The position numbers and the translations under genes are program-made. From Actinomycetota bacterium (GTDB lineage: Bacteria > Actinomycetota > Actinomycetes > JAKEEW01), in contig JBKPTD010000005.1 of NCBI GenBank assembly GCA_046735375.1, forward strand, positions 10,132 through 74,131: DNA of 64,000 bases. Reading direction: 5' to 3'. The first letter of the stretch is position 1. Each line of letters starts with the position of its first letter. Under the pieces are notes generated by a model. That model did no database searches. It was not told the origin of the DNA and saw nothing but the letters and a program-made list of their open reading frames with translations. Of the stretch, positions 1-10,194 are shown in pieces.

Positions 1-318
1 TGCCGTCGCACGTGGTACAGGGCCGCTCCCAGGGCTCCGCCGCAGTCATCACATGCCTCAATACCGGTGCGGCTGCATCGCGGCACCATCTCGCCCGGCG
101 AGCACAGTACTCTCCCGGTTTCTCGTCGGCGCCCAGTAGGACATGGCTCTTCAGCGCCTCCTGGCGGTATCCGGCGATAGCGTCGCGCCGTCTGGACACT
201 AGACGCCCGTCTCGGCGGATGAACGGACAAGGAGGCATCTTCCCACGCCTGACCAGCCCTGCAGACAAGGTATTCGGTGATTGAGCCTGGAAATACGCTG
301 CATGTTGGCGTCGTCACC

Positions 319-1092
319 CTATGCACGCGCATCGAAGTCGGTCTCCGCGCCATCCGAATCTGACTCAGCGGCCTCCCGAAGACGCTGAGCGAGCTCGGCT
401 GCGGCCGCTCCTGGATCGTCGGCGTCCGTAATGGCCCGAACCACGACGACGCGCCGCGCACCTGCGTCGAGCACCTCGTCGAGCGAGTCGCCGTCGACGC
501 CGCCGATCGCGAACCAGGGACGGTCGATCCGCAGGGAGGCAGCGAAACGCAGCAGCGGCGGGCCAGGGGCCGCGCGGCCGGGCTTGGTCGGCGTGGGCCA
601 CACCGGTCCGACGCAGAAGTAATCCGCGCCCGGTGCGGCAGCCGCCGCGTTCACCTCAGACTCCGCGTGCGTCGACTGCCCGATCAAGATGTCCTCGCCG
701 AGAAGTTCGCGGGCCAACACCACCGGGAGGTCTCCTTGCCCCAGGTGCAGGACGTCTGGCTGTGCCGCGTACGCGATGTCGGCGCGGTCGTTAACAGCGA
801 GGAGCGCGTCATGCCTGCTGCAGGCATCGGCGAAGACCTCGAGCGCGGCAAGCTCGGCTCGTGCCTCCATGCCTTTCTGCCGGAGCTGGACGATATCGAC
901 CCCGCCCGCCAGGACTGCCTCGAGGAAGTCGGCGAGGTCCGCCTGCTCGGCACGCGCATCCGTACACAGATACAGCCGCGCCGCTGTCAGGCGGCTGCGC
1001 CGCCAGGAGGCGCGACCTACCGCGATTTCGTCCGGTGACCTGCGGTGCTCAACATCCGGGTGCGGTCCCACTCTACCGACGGTAGAAGACAC
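319..1092 (-). CDS. thiE: Thiamine-phosphate synthase
   Basis: The translation carries ThiE motifs ([28 protein letters not shown]). It sits beside a thiOSG operon. Confidence 0.85.
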   Translation of the reverse strand: MSSTVGRVGPHPDVEHRRSPDEIAVGRASWRRSRLTAARLYLCTDARAEQADLADFLEAVLAGGVDIVQLRQKGMEARAELAALEVFADACSRHDALLAVNDRADIAYAAQPDVLHLGQGDLPVVLARELLGEDILIGQSTHAESEVNAAAAAPGADYFCVGPVWPTPTKPGRAAPGPPLLRFAASLRIDRPWFAIGGVDGDSLDEVLDAGARRVVVVRAITDADDPGAAAAELAQRLREAAESDSDGAETDFDARA

Positions 1093-1121
1093 AGACAGGC
1101 AGGACCACGACCTGGTCGGGC

Positions 1122-1514
1122 TTAGTAGCCGAGCGCTTGGGCCCTCCGCTTGACCTCGGTTCCCCGATGCTCGCGGAGGGCGGTCACCGGGCAGCCTGGC
1201 AGTGAGGCGTCCTCGGTAAACAGCCAGCGCAGGGCCTCGTCGTCGGCAAAGCCGCTGTCGGAAAGCAGAGTCAGCGTGCCAGGGAGGCCCTTGAGCACCC
1301 TACCTTCCTCGATGAACGCCTCAGGGACCTCGAGCACGTTCCGCTCGCTCCGCCGAACGGCGATGAGCTGGCGCTCCCGGACGAGCTGCCTGACCCGGTT
1401 GACATCGATGCCCAGCCGGTCCGCCACGTCTGGCAGCGGCAGCCAAGAAGGGACCAGATTGTCGGTCGGTTTGTCGATCTCGGTCACCATCTCAGCCTGC
1501 CACGACCCGGACAT
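1122..1514 (-). CDS. Rv2175c-like DNA-binding protein (PknL substrate family)
   Basis: The C-terminal half aligns with M. tuberculosis Rv2175c (LRWLFT, ...RRAQAxxY). It lies next to a pknL-like kinase, as in mycobacteria. Confidence 0.7.
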   Translation of the reverse strand: MSGSWQAEMVTEIDKPTDNLVPSWLPLPDVADRLGIDVNRVRQLVRERQLIAVRRSERNVLEVPEAFIEEGRVLKGLPGTLTLLSDSGFADDEALRWLFTEDASLPGCPVTALREHRGTEVKRRAQALGY

Positions 1515-1624
1515 TCCGGGGATACCTCGCGAGCAGCCGGGTCACGGTCTGAGCTCGTCGCGGCCCGCCGCTACTCGACTGGGGCCCACCACGCGAATTC
1601 GTCGCATGTCTTCCCCAATGTCCC

Positions 1625-2131
1625 TTGTGGTCGATACGGTCCCGCGGCATGGACATCTTGCGGCAAGGCGACGATGAACCGGCACGTGACGCCTATTCAG
1701 ACGAGCCCGTGTTCGACCTTGGAGATGTGAGCCGGCCGCCGGCCGACGAGACCGAAGCCGAAGCTCAGGCCGAGGTGAGCCAGCAGTCACCGCCGACCAG
1801 CGATCAGCTGATCGCGCTGTTCAACCCGCCGGGTCTCGCCATCGCCGGTGTGATCGTTGCGGTGCTTACCGCGATCACACCGACGTTCGGCGTCTGGTCC
1901 TTGGTCAACCTCAACACGTTCGGCCAAGGGCCGCCATCGAAGGGCTGGACGCTTGGACCCGTCCTCGGTCAGGCTGCGGTCGCGGTCGGCCTCGGGCTGT
2001 CGTCGTGGAGACTGGCGCTGCGGACTGGAACCGAGGTCCCGCGCTTGTCGGGCACCGCTGTACTGCTCGGAGCATTGTTGCTCGTCGCGGGTGCTGTGTT
2101 GTGGACGTACGGCGCGCCGCCTTCCCAATAG
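1625..2131 (+). CDS. Hypothetical membrane protein (acidic N-terminus, ~3 TM helices)
   Basis: ORF with coding-like codon usage and hydrophobic helices (AIAGVIVAVLTAI, AVLLGALLLVAGAVLW). I recognise no homolog. Confidence 0.45.
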   Translation: MWSIRSRGMDILRQGDDEPARDAYSDEPVFDLGDVSRPPADETEAEAQAEVSQQSPPTSDQLIALFNPPGLAIAGVIVAVLTAITPTFGVWSLVNLNTFGQGPPSKGWTLGPVLGQAAVAVGLGLSSWRLALRTGTEVPRLSGTAVLLGALLLVAGAVLWTYGAPPSQ

Positions 2132-2149
2132 GCGAGAGGTAGCCTGGCG

Positions 2150-2312
2150 CCGTACACGGGAGCCCGGCGGGACCGGGCTGAGAGGGCGGTTAAAACCGCA
2201 GCAGTGCGGGATTCTTCGACTGCGGCGAGGACACCACCGCCGACCGTTAGAGCGCCGCGACGACCAGCCCGGCGCTCTGGACCTGATCCGGGTCATGCCG
2301 GCGAAGGGAGGC
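2150..2312 (+). ncRNA. TPP (THI-box) riboswitch
   Basis: Conserved THI-element blocks are present: GGGAGCCCGG...CUGAGAGGG and ACCUGAUCCGGGUCAUGCCGGCGAAGGGAGG. The 3' end overlaps the Shine-Dalgarno (GGGAGG) of the thiO GTG start at 2320, and a long variable insertion sits in the P3 region. Confidence 0.8.
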
Positions 2313-2319
2313 GAGCCGA

Positions 2320-3550
2320 GTGCCCGACGTGATCATCATCGGCGGCGGGCTGATCGGCATGGGTGTCGCGTGGCGTACGGCGCAGGCCGGTGCCGACGTC
2401 ACCGTGGTTGATCCGACGCCGGGCGCGGGTGCATCGGACGTCGCTGCCGGCATGGTGGCTCCGGTCACCGAGCTGCACTACGGCGAGGAAGCGCTGCTGC
2501 GCCTCAACCTCGAGTCGAGCTCGATGTTTCCCGCGTTCGCCGCAGAGCTCGAAGATGTCACCGGGCTGCCGAGCGGGTTCCATCCGGCCGGCACGCTGGC
2601 GGTCGCTATGGATCGTGACGACCTCGCCGCGCTGTCTGATCTGTACGACTTCCAGCGTTCACTCGGCCTTGAGGCGGACCGACTGACCAGCCGCGAGTGC
2701 CGACGACTCGAGCCGCTGCTCGCGCCTGGTATCTGCGGCGGGCTCTTCGTTGCCGACGATCACGCGGCCGATCCCCGCGTGCTCTACGCCGCCTTGGCTG
2801 AGGCTGCCCGGCGAGCAGGCGTCACGGTGCTGACAGCGCGAGCCGTCGAGATCCAGCTCAGCGGGGAGCGCGGCACCGAAACGCCGGCTGCGGGGGAGAC
2901 GGTGGCTGGCGTACGCCTGGCCAGCGGTGAGCTCCTCACAGCGTCGACCGCCGTCCTCGCCGCCGGCTGCTGGTCGGCGTCGCTTGGCGGACTGCCCGCC
3001 GCGGCAGTGCCGCCCGTGCGGCCAGTGAAGGGCCAGCTGCTGCGGCTACGCGCTCCGGCACGCCCGTCGGGCGCGGCACACCGTGCTCCTGCCTCGGTAC
3101 CGGAACGCACAATCCGTGCAGTTGTCCGTGGCTCCACGGTGTATGTCGTGCCACGGCCGAGCGGTGAGGTCGTCGTCGGGGCGACAACCGAGGAGCTGGG
3201 GTTCGACACGACCGTCACGGCGGGGGCGGTCTACGAGCTCTTGCGCGACGCCCGCACTCTGATCCCGACCATCACCGAGCTTGCCCTCGCGGAGGCGTCG
3301 GCGGGACTTCGGCCGGGCTCACCGGACAATGCGCCGATCCTCGGCCAATCGAGCGTGCCGGGGCTGGTGATCGCTACTGGCCATTACCGCAACGGTGTGC
3401 TGCTCACTCCGCTGACCTCGGCACTGATCGCTGAGCTGCTGACTACGGGCCGTACCCCCGAGATGATCGAACCGTTCAGCCCACGGCGCTTCTCCGCAGC
3501 CCAAGCTGCACGCAAGAACCCGCAGGGCACGCTCACAGGAGGCCAGCGCG

Positions 3551-3558
<8 letters not shown>
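2320..3558 (+). CDS. thiO: Glycine oxidase, FAD-dependent (ThiO)
   Basis: The N-terminus has a DAO-family Rossmann motif (VIIIGGGLIGMGVAW). It lies in thiO-thiS-thiG order and uses a GTG start. Confidence 0.8.
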
Positions 3559-4541
<983 letters not shown>

Positions 4542-4574
4542 CCGCGCCTGGTCCGAGGTCCGCAGGCCAGGGCC

Positions 4575-6506
4575 TTGTCGCCCGTACACTCCTTTGCCAT
4601 GGATACGGCCGTTTCCGATCCGCTTGTCGGTCGGCTGATCGACGGTCGCTACCACGTCGAGGGACGTATCGCCCGCGGCGGGATGGCCGCGGTCTACTAC
4701 GCGGTCGACACCAGGCTGGATCGACCGGTCGCTCTCAAGGTCATGCACTCCGCTCTCTCCGATGATCAACAGTTCGTTCACCGGTTCATCGGCGAGGCGA
4801 AGACGGCCGCGCGGCTGTCACACCCGAATGTCGTCAGCGTCTTCGACCAGGGAACCCATGAAGGGCTTGTCTACCTCGCGATGGAATATGTCGAGGGAAG
4901 GACGCTGCGGGAGATTCTCGGCGAACACGGACCGCTGACACCCCGGCAGGCGTTCGGCGTCTTGGAGCCGGTCCTCGCCGCGCTCGGCGCTGCCCATCAG
5001 GCGGGGCTCGTGCACCGGGATGTCAAGCCGGAGAACATCCTGCTCGCCGACGACGGGCGAGTGAAGGTCGCCGACTTTGGGCTGGCCCGGGCGACCACCC
5101 AAGCGACGGCACAGACCTCGGACGGCATTCTTCTCGGTACGGTCGCGTACCTGTCCCCCGAACAAGTCAGCCGCGGTGTCTCCGACCCGGCCTCTGACGT
5201 TTACTCGGCCGGCATCGTCCTGTACGAGATGCTCACCGGGCAGAAGCCGTTCACCGGCGACGGCTCGATGGAGATCGCATACCAGCATGTCCACCGAGAC
5301 GTGCCGGCGCCCTCCGAGAAGGTTCCTGCGCTGTCACCGATGGTCGACGCGATCGTCGCTCGAGCGACTCGCCGCGATCCTGCCCAGCGACCCGCAGATG
5401 CCGCTGCGATGCTGGCAGAGGTCACCGGCGTCGCGCAGCGGATGAGCGACGCGGAGCTGGACGCCGGAGGGGCCAAGGCCGGCCGACATGCGTCCAACGA
5501 GCCGGTCACCCAGCAGATGGCCCCAGTCGATGGGCTGGCGGCCGCTGACGAGGACGGCGCTGAACGGACCGCGGTCGTCGATGCGCGGCAGCAGGCAAGG
5601 GCCCGCGGATCACGCTGGACACGCATGTCTCGCCGGCGTCGGCTCGCCACGCTGGCTGCTGTCGTGGGTGCGGCTCTGCTGGTCACCGGCTTCGCCTGGT
5701 GGCTGGTCGGCGGTGCCAAGACCAATGTGCCGAGCGTTCGCGGCATGACCCAAGCCGCGGCGACAGAAGCCGTTCAGGATGCCGGGCTCAAGGTCCAGGT
5801 GAGCGAGCCGGTCTTCAGTGAGGACGTGCAGCCGGGACTCGTGGCCGGAAGCGATCCCGCGCCCGGTGCGCGAGTGGATCGCGGTTCGGCGGTCACCCTC
5901 CACCTGTCGAAGGGTCCCGAGCGGCACGAGGTGCCGGATCTCCGCGGAAGGACCGTAGACCAAGCCGAGCAGTTGCTCGCGCAGCAGAATCTGAAAGTCG
6001 GCAAGATCACGCACGGGTTCAGCAGCTCGGTCGCGAAGAACCGGATCGTTTCCACCAATCCTGCGGCCGGTGAGGAGGTCCGTCGCGACACAGCGATCGC
6101 GTTGGTGGTGAGCAAGGGCCCAGAGCCCGTCGACGTCCCGGTTGTGACCGGCCGCAATGTCACCGAGGCGACGCAGGTCCTCCAGCAGGCCGGTTTCCGC
6201 GTCACGACCAGGACGGCAGCCTCGGACAAGGTCGCCAGGGATCTGGTGATCAGCCAGAAGCCCAGTGGCGGAAGCGCTCCCCGCGGATCAACCGTCGAGC
6301 TCACCGTGTCGACCGGACCGCCCCTCGTGACGGTCCCTGATGTGCGTGACAAGCAGGTCGATCAGGCACAGCAGATCCTGCAGAGCGCAGGGCTACAGGT
6401 CAGCGTCCTGCGCCTGCCCGGCGGTCCTGGCATCGTTCTTGCCCAGAGCCCAGGCCCAGGTAGTCAGGCCCCGAGGGGCTCCACGGTGCGCATCTCCGTC
6501 TTCTGA
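4575..6506 (+). CDS. pknL: Ser/Thr protein kinase with four C-terminal PASTA domains (PknL/PknB-like)
   Basis: Hanks kinase motifs are intact (VALKV, HRDVKPENILL, DFG, SPEQ). A TM helix and four PASTA repeats follow, and the gene is adjacent to an Rv2175c homolog. Confidence 0.85.
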   Translation: MSPVHSFAMDTAVSDPLVGRLIDGRYHVEGRIARGGMAAVYYAVDTRLDRPVALKVMHSALSDDQQFVHRFIGEAKTAARLSHPNVVSVFDQGTHEGLVYLAMEYVEGRTLREILGEHGPLTPRQAFGVLEPVLAALGAAHQAGLVHRDVKPENILLADDGRVKVADFGLARATTQATAQTSDGILLGTVAYLSPEQVSRGVSDPASDVYSAGIVLYEMLTGQKPFTGDGSMEIAYQHVHRDVPAPSEKVPALSPMVDAIVARATRRDPAQRPADAAAMLAEVTGVAQRMSDAELDAGGAKAGRHASNEPVTQQMAPVDGLAAADEDGAERTAVVDARQQARARGSRWTRMSRRRRLATLAAVVGAALLVTGFAWWLVGGAKTNVPSVRGMTQAAATEAVQDAGLKVQVSEPVFSEDVQPGLVAGSDPAPGARVDRGSAVTLHLSKGPERHEVPDLRGRTVDQAEQLLAQQNLKVGKITHGFSSSVAKNRIVSTNPAAGEEVRRDTAIALVVSKGPEPVDVPVVTGRNVTEATQVLQQAGFRVTTRTAASDKVARDLVISQKPSGGSAPRGSTVELTVSTGPPLVTVPDVRDKQVDQAQQILQSAGLQVSVLRLPGGPGIVLAQSPGPGSQAPRGSTVRISVF

Positions 6507-6530
6507 CGTCTTCTGACCGCTGCCGTTTCG

Positions 6531-6579
6531 TATGAAGGGCACCTTCACCCCATCTATTCGGGTGAAGGTGCCCTTCATA
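6531..6579. repeat. REP-like palindromic element copy 1 (19-nt perfect arms ATGAAGGGCACCTTCACCC / GGGTGAAGGTGCCCTTCAT, 9-nt loop)
   Basis: A perfect inverted repeat seen directly in the sequence. It lies between convergent genes (kinase stop 6506, minus-strand gene stop 6703), and the same element recurs at 36134 and 52979. Confidence 0.85.
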
Positions 6580-6702
6580 CGCCTCGGGATGAGACAAGCG
6601 TTCCCTTCACACATCGCAGGATTGGCACACGTGGCCGGTGAGGGAGACCGTGCCGGGAGATCGCGCTGCTCAAGGAGCTGCGGGACGCGCCGACATGCAT
6701 GG

Positions 6703-7095
6703 TCATGGTCTAGGGCAACGGTCACCTTCGATCACGACCTCGACGTCGTCGTCTAGCCCGAGTGGCGGCTTCGATAGATCGGCGACGACCACCGTGACAG
6801 CCGGTGTGGTCGGGTCGGCCGTGCGCACGAGGAGATTCAATCGAGTCGTGTTGTCCTCGACGGACGCCACGCGGGTGCGCTCCCCCGGGCCAATCCGCTT
6901 CCAGTGAAGATCTTTCCCGCTCTCTAGCGAGCCCACGCTTGTCTCGATGGCCTGCTTACATCGGTTAGCCACACTGACGCTGAGTGTCTTTTGACAGGCG
7001 GTCATGAAGGCAAGAACGGCCGTTATAGCGGCAACGAGCGCAACGGCTTGCCTCGAGGTGGATCTCGGCAGTTCCATGGGCACCGCTGTCATCAT
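6703..7095 (-). CDS. Small secreted protein or lipoprotein (hypothetical)
   Basis: N-terminal signal peptide (RSTSRQAVALVAAITAVLAFMTAC) with a GGGAG Shine-Dalgarno. The ORF's upstream extension to 7374 looks spurious. Confidence 0.4.
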   Translation of the reverse strand: MMTAVPMELPRSTSRQAVALVAAITAVLAFMTACQKTLSVSVANRCKQAIETSVGSLESGKDLHWKRIGPGERTRVASVEDNTTRLNLLVRTADPTTPAVTVVVADLSKPPLGLDDDVEVVIEGDRCPRP

Positions 7096-7159
7096 GGTTC
7101 CGATCTCCCACACGCCGCAACGCGACAGGTCGCGCCTCCAGGTAGGCTCCGCTAGCAAC

Positions 7160-8071
7160 GTGCGTGCCTCTCGATCAGTCCCCTTCGCTTTGGCCGGTCT
7201 CCTGATCGTCTGTATGTGGTGGGGGGCGACGTTCGTCGTCGTCAAGGACGCTGTCGAACGCATGCCGGTGATGGACTTCCTGGCCGTGCGGTTCCTCATC
7301 GCCGCGGCGGTGATGGTGGCGATCAGGCCCCGCGTCATACCGGCGGTCAGTCGCTCACTGGGTAGCTGGCGCACCGGTCTTGCTGCTCACGGCACACTGC
7401 TCGGGCTCGCTTTGGGTCTTGGCTATGTCGGGCAGACCTTCGGCCTGCAGCACACCTCCGCGACAATCTCCGGGTTCATCACGGGCATGTTCGTGGTCTT
7501 CACCCCGCTGATCGCCGCAGTGCTTCTTCGGCGGCCGGTTGGTACCTCCGCCTGGGTCGGTGTGCTCCTTGCCACGACCGGCCTCGCGGTGATTTCGCTG
7601 CATGGGTTCTCCATCGGCCTCGGGGAGGGCCTGACGCTGCTTTGTGCAGCGCTGTTCGGTCTCCACATCGTCGGTCTTGGTGAGTGGTCACCCCGCTATG
7701 ACTCGTACGCCCTGGCCGTTGTCCAGCTCACCGCCGTCGGCGTTCTCTGCGCGATCGCCGCGGCACCTGGCGGACTGACCGCACCACCTGACCGCGCGGC
7801 CTGGGGTGCGGTCCTGATCACCGCGCTGTTCGCCACCGCCTTTGCATTCGTTGTCCAGACGTGGGCACAGACGGTCCTCTCGCCCACTCGAACAGCTGTG
7901 GTCATGACCATGGAGCCGGTATTCGCCGGGCTCTTCGGGGTCCTCGTCGGAGGCGACAATCTGACGGCGCGCATCGTCATCGGTGGCACGCTTGTCGTCG
8001 CCGCTATGTACATCGTCGAACTCGGGCCACGCCACTCAGTGGATGCGCGCGTGGGCCGACTCGAGACGTGA
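7160..8071 (+). CDS. DMT-superfamily (EamA-like) transporter
   Basis: About 10 TM helices with duplicated EamA-like halves. The start is uncertain (GTG at 7160 or ATG at 7094); the ORF as listed begins at 7004. Confidence 0.6.
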   Translation: MRASRSVPFALAGLLIVCMWWGATFVVVKDAVERMPVMDFLAVRFLIAAAVMVAIRPRVIPAVSRSLGSWRTGLAAHGTLLGLALGLGYVGQTFGLQHTSATISGFITGMFVVFTPLIAAVLLRRPVGTSAWVGVLLATTGLAVISLHGFSIGLGEGLTLLCAALFGLHIVGLGEWSPRYDSYALAVVQLTAVGVLCAIAAAPGGLTAPPDRAAWGAVLITALFATAFAFVVQTWAQTVLSPTRTAVVMTMEPVFAGLFGVLVGGDNLTARIVIGGTLVVAAMYIVELGPRHSVDARVGRLET

Positions 8072-8195
8072 AGCCGACCGATGAGTTAGGCTGCCGCTCG
8101 TGCAGCATGCACGCTGGTTCTTTTATGGCGGTCGGCCCGGGAGGTTCCGGGCGGGCGGCCTGATCAGCGCGCGCTGACCAAGACCGAACGTCCAC

Positions 8196-8227
8196 GAGAG
8201 CCCCGGGCCGGGAGGCCCGGGGCTCTC
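8196..8227 (+). promoter_or_regulatory. Perfect 12-bp stem hairpin (GAGAGCCCCGGG-ccgggagg-CCCGGGGCTCTC) in the aroG-I leader / downstream of the DMT gene
   Basis: Inverted repeat seen directly in the sequence, 40 nt upstream of the DAHP synthase start. A 14-nt palindrome TCAGCGCGCGCTGA lies at 8162-8177. Confidence 0.4.
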
Positions 8228-8267
8228 GGTGTCTCCCGCCCGCATACACCCATCAAGGAGTCCTGGG

Positions 8268-9335
8268 ATGGTCGTCGTGATGGCGCCTGAGGCGTCAGAC
8301 AGCCAAATCAATGCCGTCGTCGACCGGGTCGCCGCGGCGGGCGGCGAGGCCTTCGTCTCCCGCGGAGTCGAGCGGACGATCATCGGATTGGTCGGTGACA
8401 TTGAGCGCTTCCGCGCGCTGAACCTGCGTACATTCGCCGGCGTCGCCGACGTCGTGCGCATCTCGGTCCCGTACAAGCTTGTCGCCAGAGAGCACCATCC
8501 CGACATGACGACGGTCTACGTCGGTGGCGTGCCGATCGGTCCCGACACGCTGACCCTCATCGCCGGGCCGTGCGCGGTAGAGACGCCGGAGCAGACACTC
8601 GACGCGGCGCGCATGGCCAAGGGCGCCGGCGCGGCATTGCTGCGCGGCGGCGCGTTCAAGCCCCGCACCTCGCCGTACGCCTTCCAGGGCCTGGGCGAGG
8701 CCGGCCTGCGCATCCTCTCCGAGGTGCGAGCCGAGACGGGCCTGCCCATCGTCACCGAGGTTGTCGACCCGCACGATGTCGATCTGGTGGCGTCGTACGC
8801 AGACATGCTCCAGGTCGGTACGCGGAACATGCAGAACTTCGCGCTGCTTCAGGCGGTGGGCGAGATCGGTCTGCCTGTGATGATCAAGCGCGGGATGAGC
8901 GCGACGATCGAGGAGTGGCTGATGGCGGCGGAGTACGTCGCCCGCCGCGGCAACCTGGACATCGTGTTGTGCGAGCGCGGGATCAGGACCTTCGAGACAT
9001 CCACCCGCAACACGCTGGACATCAGCGCGGTCCCCATCGCACATGGGCTATCGCACCTTCCGGTCATCGTCGACCCATCGCACAGCGGCGGAAGGCGCGA
9101 TCTGGTGCTGCCACTGGCCAGAGCCGCCATCGCCGCAGGAGCCGATGGAGTGATCGTCGACGTCCATCCACATCCGGAGTCCGCCCTATGCGACGGGCCG
9201 CAGGCGCTCGTCGACGGTGACTTGCGGGCACTGGCGCAGGCGGTCCGGCTGTTCCCGCCGCTGCTCGGCCGCGTGCCGGCGACGCTTCCGGCTGAAGCCC
9301 TATCCGCCAGCGTTGAGGAGCCCATCGGCGTGTGA
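8268..9335 (+). CDS. 3-deoxy-7-phosphoheptulonate (DAHP) synthase, class I-beta, with N-terminal ferredoxin-like regulatory domain
   Basis: KDO8PS/DAHPS I-beta core motifs are present (GPCAVE, KPRTSPY, DPSH). An N-terminal ~70-aa regulatory domain precedes them, and an AAGGAG Shine-Dalgarno sits 7 nt upstream of the ATG at 8268. Confidence 0.75.
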   Translation: MVVVMAPEASDSQINAVVDRVAAAGGEAFVSRGVERTIIGLVGDIERFRALNLRTFAGVADVVRISVPYKLVAREHHPDMTTVYVGGVPIGPDTLTLIAGPCAVETPEQTLDAARMAKGAGAALLRGGAFKPRTSPYAFQGLGEAGLRILSEVRAETGLPIVTEVVDPHDVDLVASYADMLQVGTRNMQNFALLQAVGEIGLPVMIKRGMSATIEEWLMAAEYVARRGNLDIVLCERGIRTFETSTRNTLDISAVPIAHGLSHLPVIVDPSHSGGRRDLVLPLARAAIAAGADGVIVDVHPHPESALCDGPQALVDGDLRALAQAVRLFPPLLGRVPATLPAEALSASVEEPIGV

Positions 9336-9391
9336 ATGATCCAGTTTGGGGTGTTGTGACTGGCATCACCTGGCGAGCAGACGGTCGTGCG

Positions 9392-9412
9392 TTAAGGTTA
9401 GGCGAACCTAAG
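9392..9412 (+). promoter_or_regulatory. IdeR/DtxR iron box (TTAAGGTTAGGCGAACCTAAG)
   Basis: A near-perfect match to the actinobacterial IdeR consensus TTAGGTTAGGCTAACCTAA, about 30 nt upstream of bfd-bfr. Confidence 0.75.
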
Positions 9413-9440
9413 TTTCTGCCTCTGTGGAGTCCGCTCGCCG

Positions 9441-9635
9441 ATGTACGTCTGTGTCTGTCACGCCGTGACCGAGAACGAGGTCAACGCCGAAGTCGCACTC
9501 GGCGCACGCAGCGTCGATGAGATCGGCGAACGGTGTGGTGCGGGAACAGGCTGCGGGATGTGCCAGGAGAAACTGCGCGCCCTGCTGCCGATTCCCGCTG
9601 CCTCTTGTGACATGGTGAGCCTGGGAGATCGCTGA
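9441..9635 (+). CDS. bfd: Bacterioferritin-associated ferredoxin (BFD-like [2Fe-2S] domain)
   Basis: Cysteine pattern CxC...C..C (YVCVCHAVTE...CGAGTGCGMC) lying directly upstream of bfr. Confidence 0.7.
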   Translation: MYVCVCHAVTENEVNAEVALGARSVDEIGERCGAGTGCGMCQEKLRALLPIPAASCDMVSLGDR

Positions 9636-9666
9636 CGCGGATCTCTGACACCTCCGGGGGGCTCAC

Positions 9667-10149
9667 GTGCAAGGTGACGCGGAGATCATCGAGTTCCTGA
9701 ACGAGCAGCTGACGGCTGAGCTGACCGCCATCAACCAGTACTTCCTCCACGCCAAGATGCAGGAGAACTGGGGCTACGTGAAGCTCGCGCGTTATACGAG
9801 AGCGGAATCCATCGACGAGATGCGCCATGCCGAGGCGCTGACCGACCGAATCCTGTTCCTCGACGGGCTGCCGAACTTCCAGCGGCTCTTCCCTCTCAAC
9901 ATCGGGCAGGACCTCACCGAAATGTTCACCGCCGACCTGGGCATCGAGACCGTCGCCGTCGACCGCCTCAGGCGTGGCATCGCCGTGATGCGCGATAAGC
10001 GCGACATCACCTCCTCCAGGCTGTTCGAGTCGATCCTCGAAGACGAGGAACACCACATCGACTACCTCGAGACACAGCTCGCGCTGCTCGAGAAGGTAGG
10101 CGAACAGCTCTACATCGCCGAGCTGGTCGAACAGCCCGACGACGCCTGA
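9667..10149 (+). CDS. bfr: Bacterioferritin
   Basis: 160 aa ferritin-like protein with the bacterioferritin signature (EFLNEQLTAELTAINQYFLHAKM, EMRHAE, EEEHHIDYLETQL). It uses a GTG start. Confidence 0.85.
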   Translation: MQGDAEIIEFLNEQLTAELTAINQYFLHAKMQENWGYVKLARYTRAESIDEMRHAEALTDRILFLDGLPNFQRLFPLNIGQDLTEMFTADLGIETVAVDRLRRGIAVMRDKRDITSSRLFESILEDEEHHIDYLETQLALLEKVGEQLYIAELVEQPDDA

Positions 10150-10194
10150 CTCCCGCGCGCGATCGCAGCACGCTGGTCGATCCGGAGCAAGGTC

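Noticed and set aside
12-284. 90-aa ORF at the window start, and the small 'MKGTFT...' ORFs at 6532, 52980 and 36012.
   Set aside because: The first has no Shine-Dalgarno or family resemblance and an Arg/Ser-rich composition. The MKGTFT ORFs are artefacts of reading through the REP-like palindrome arms (ATGAAGGGCACCTTCACC).
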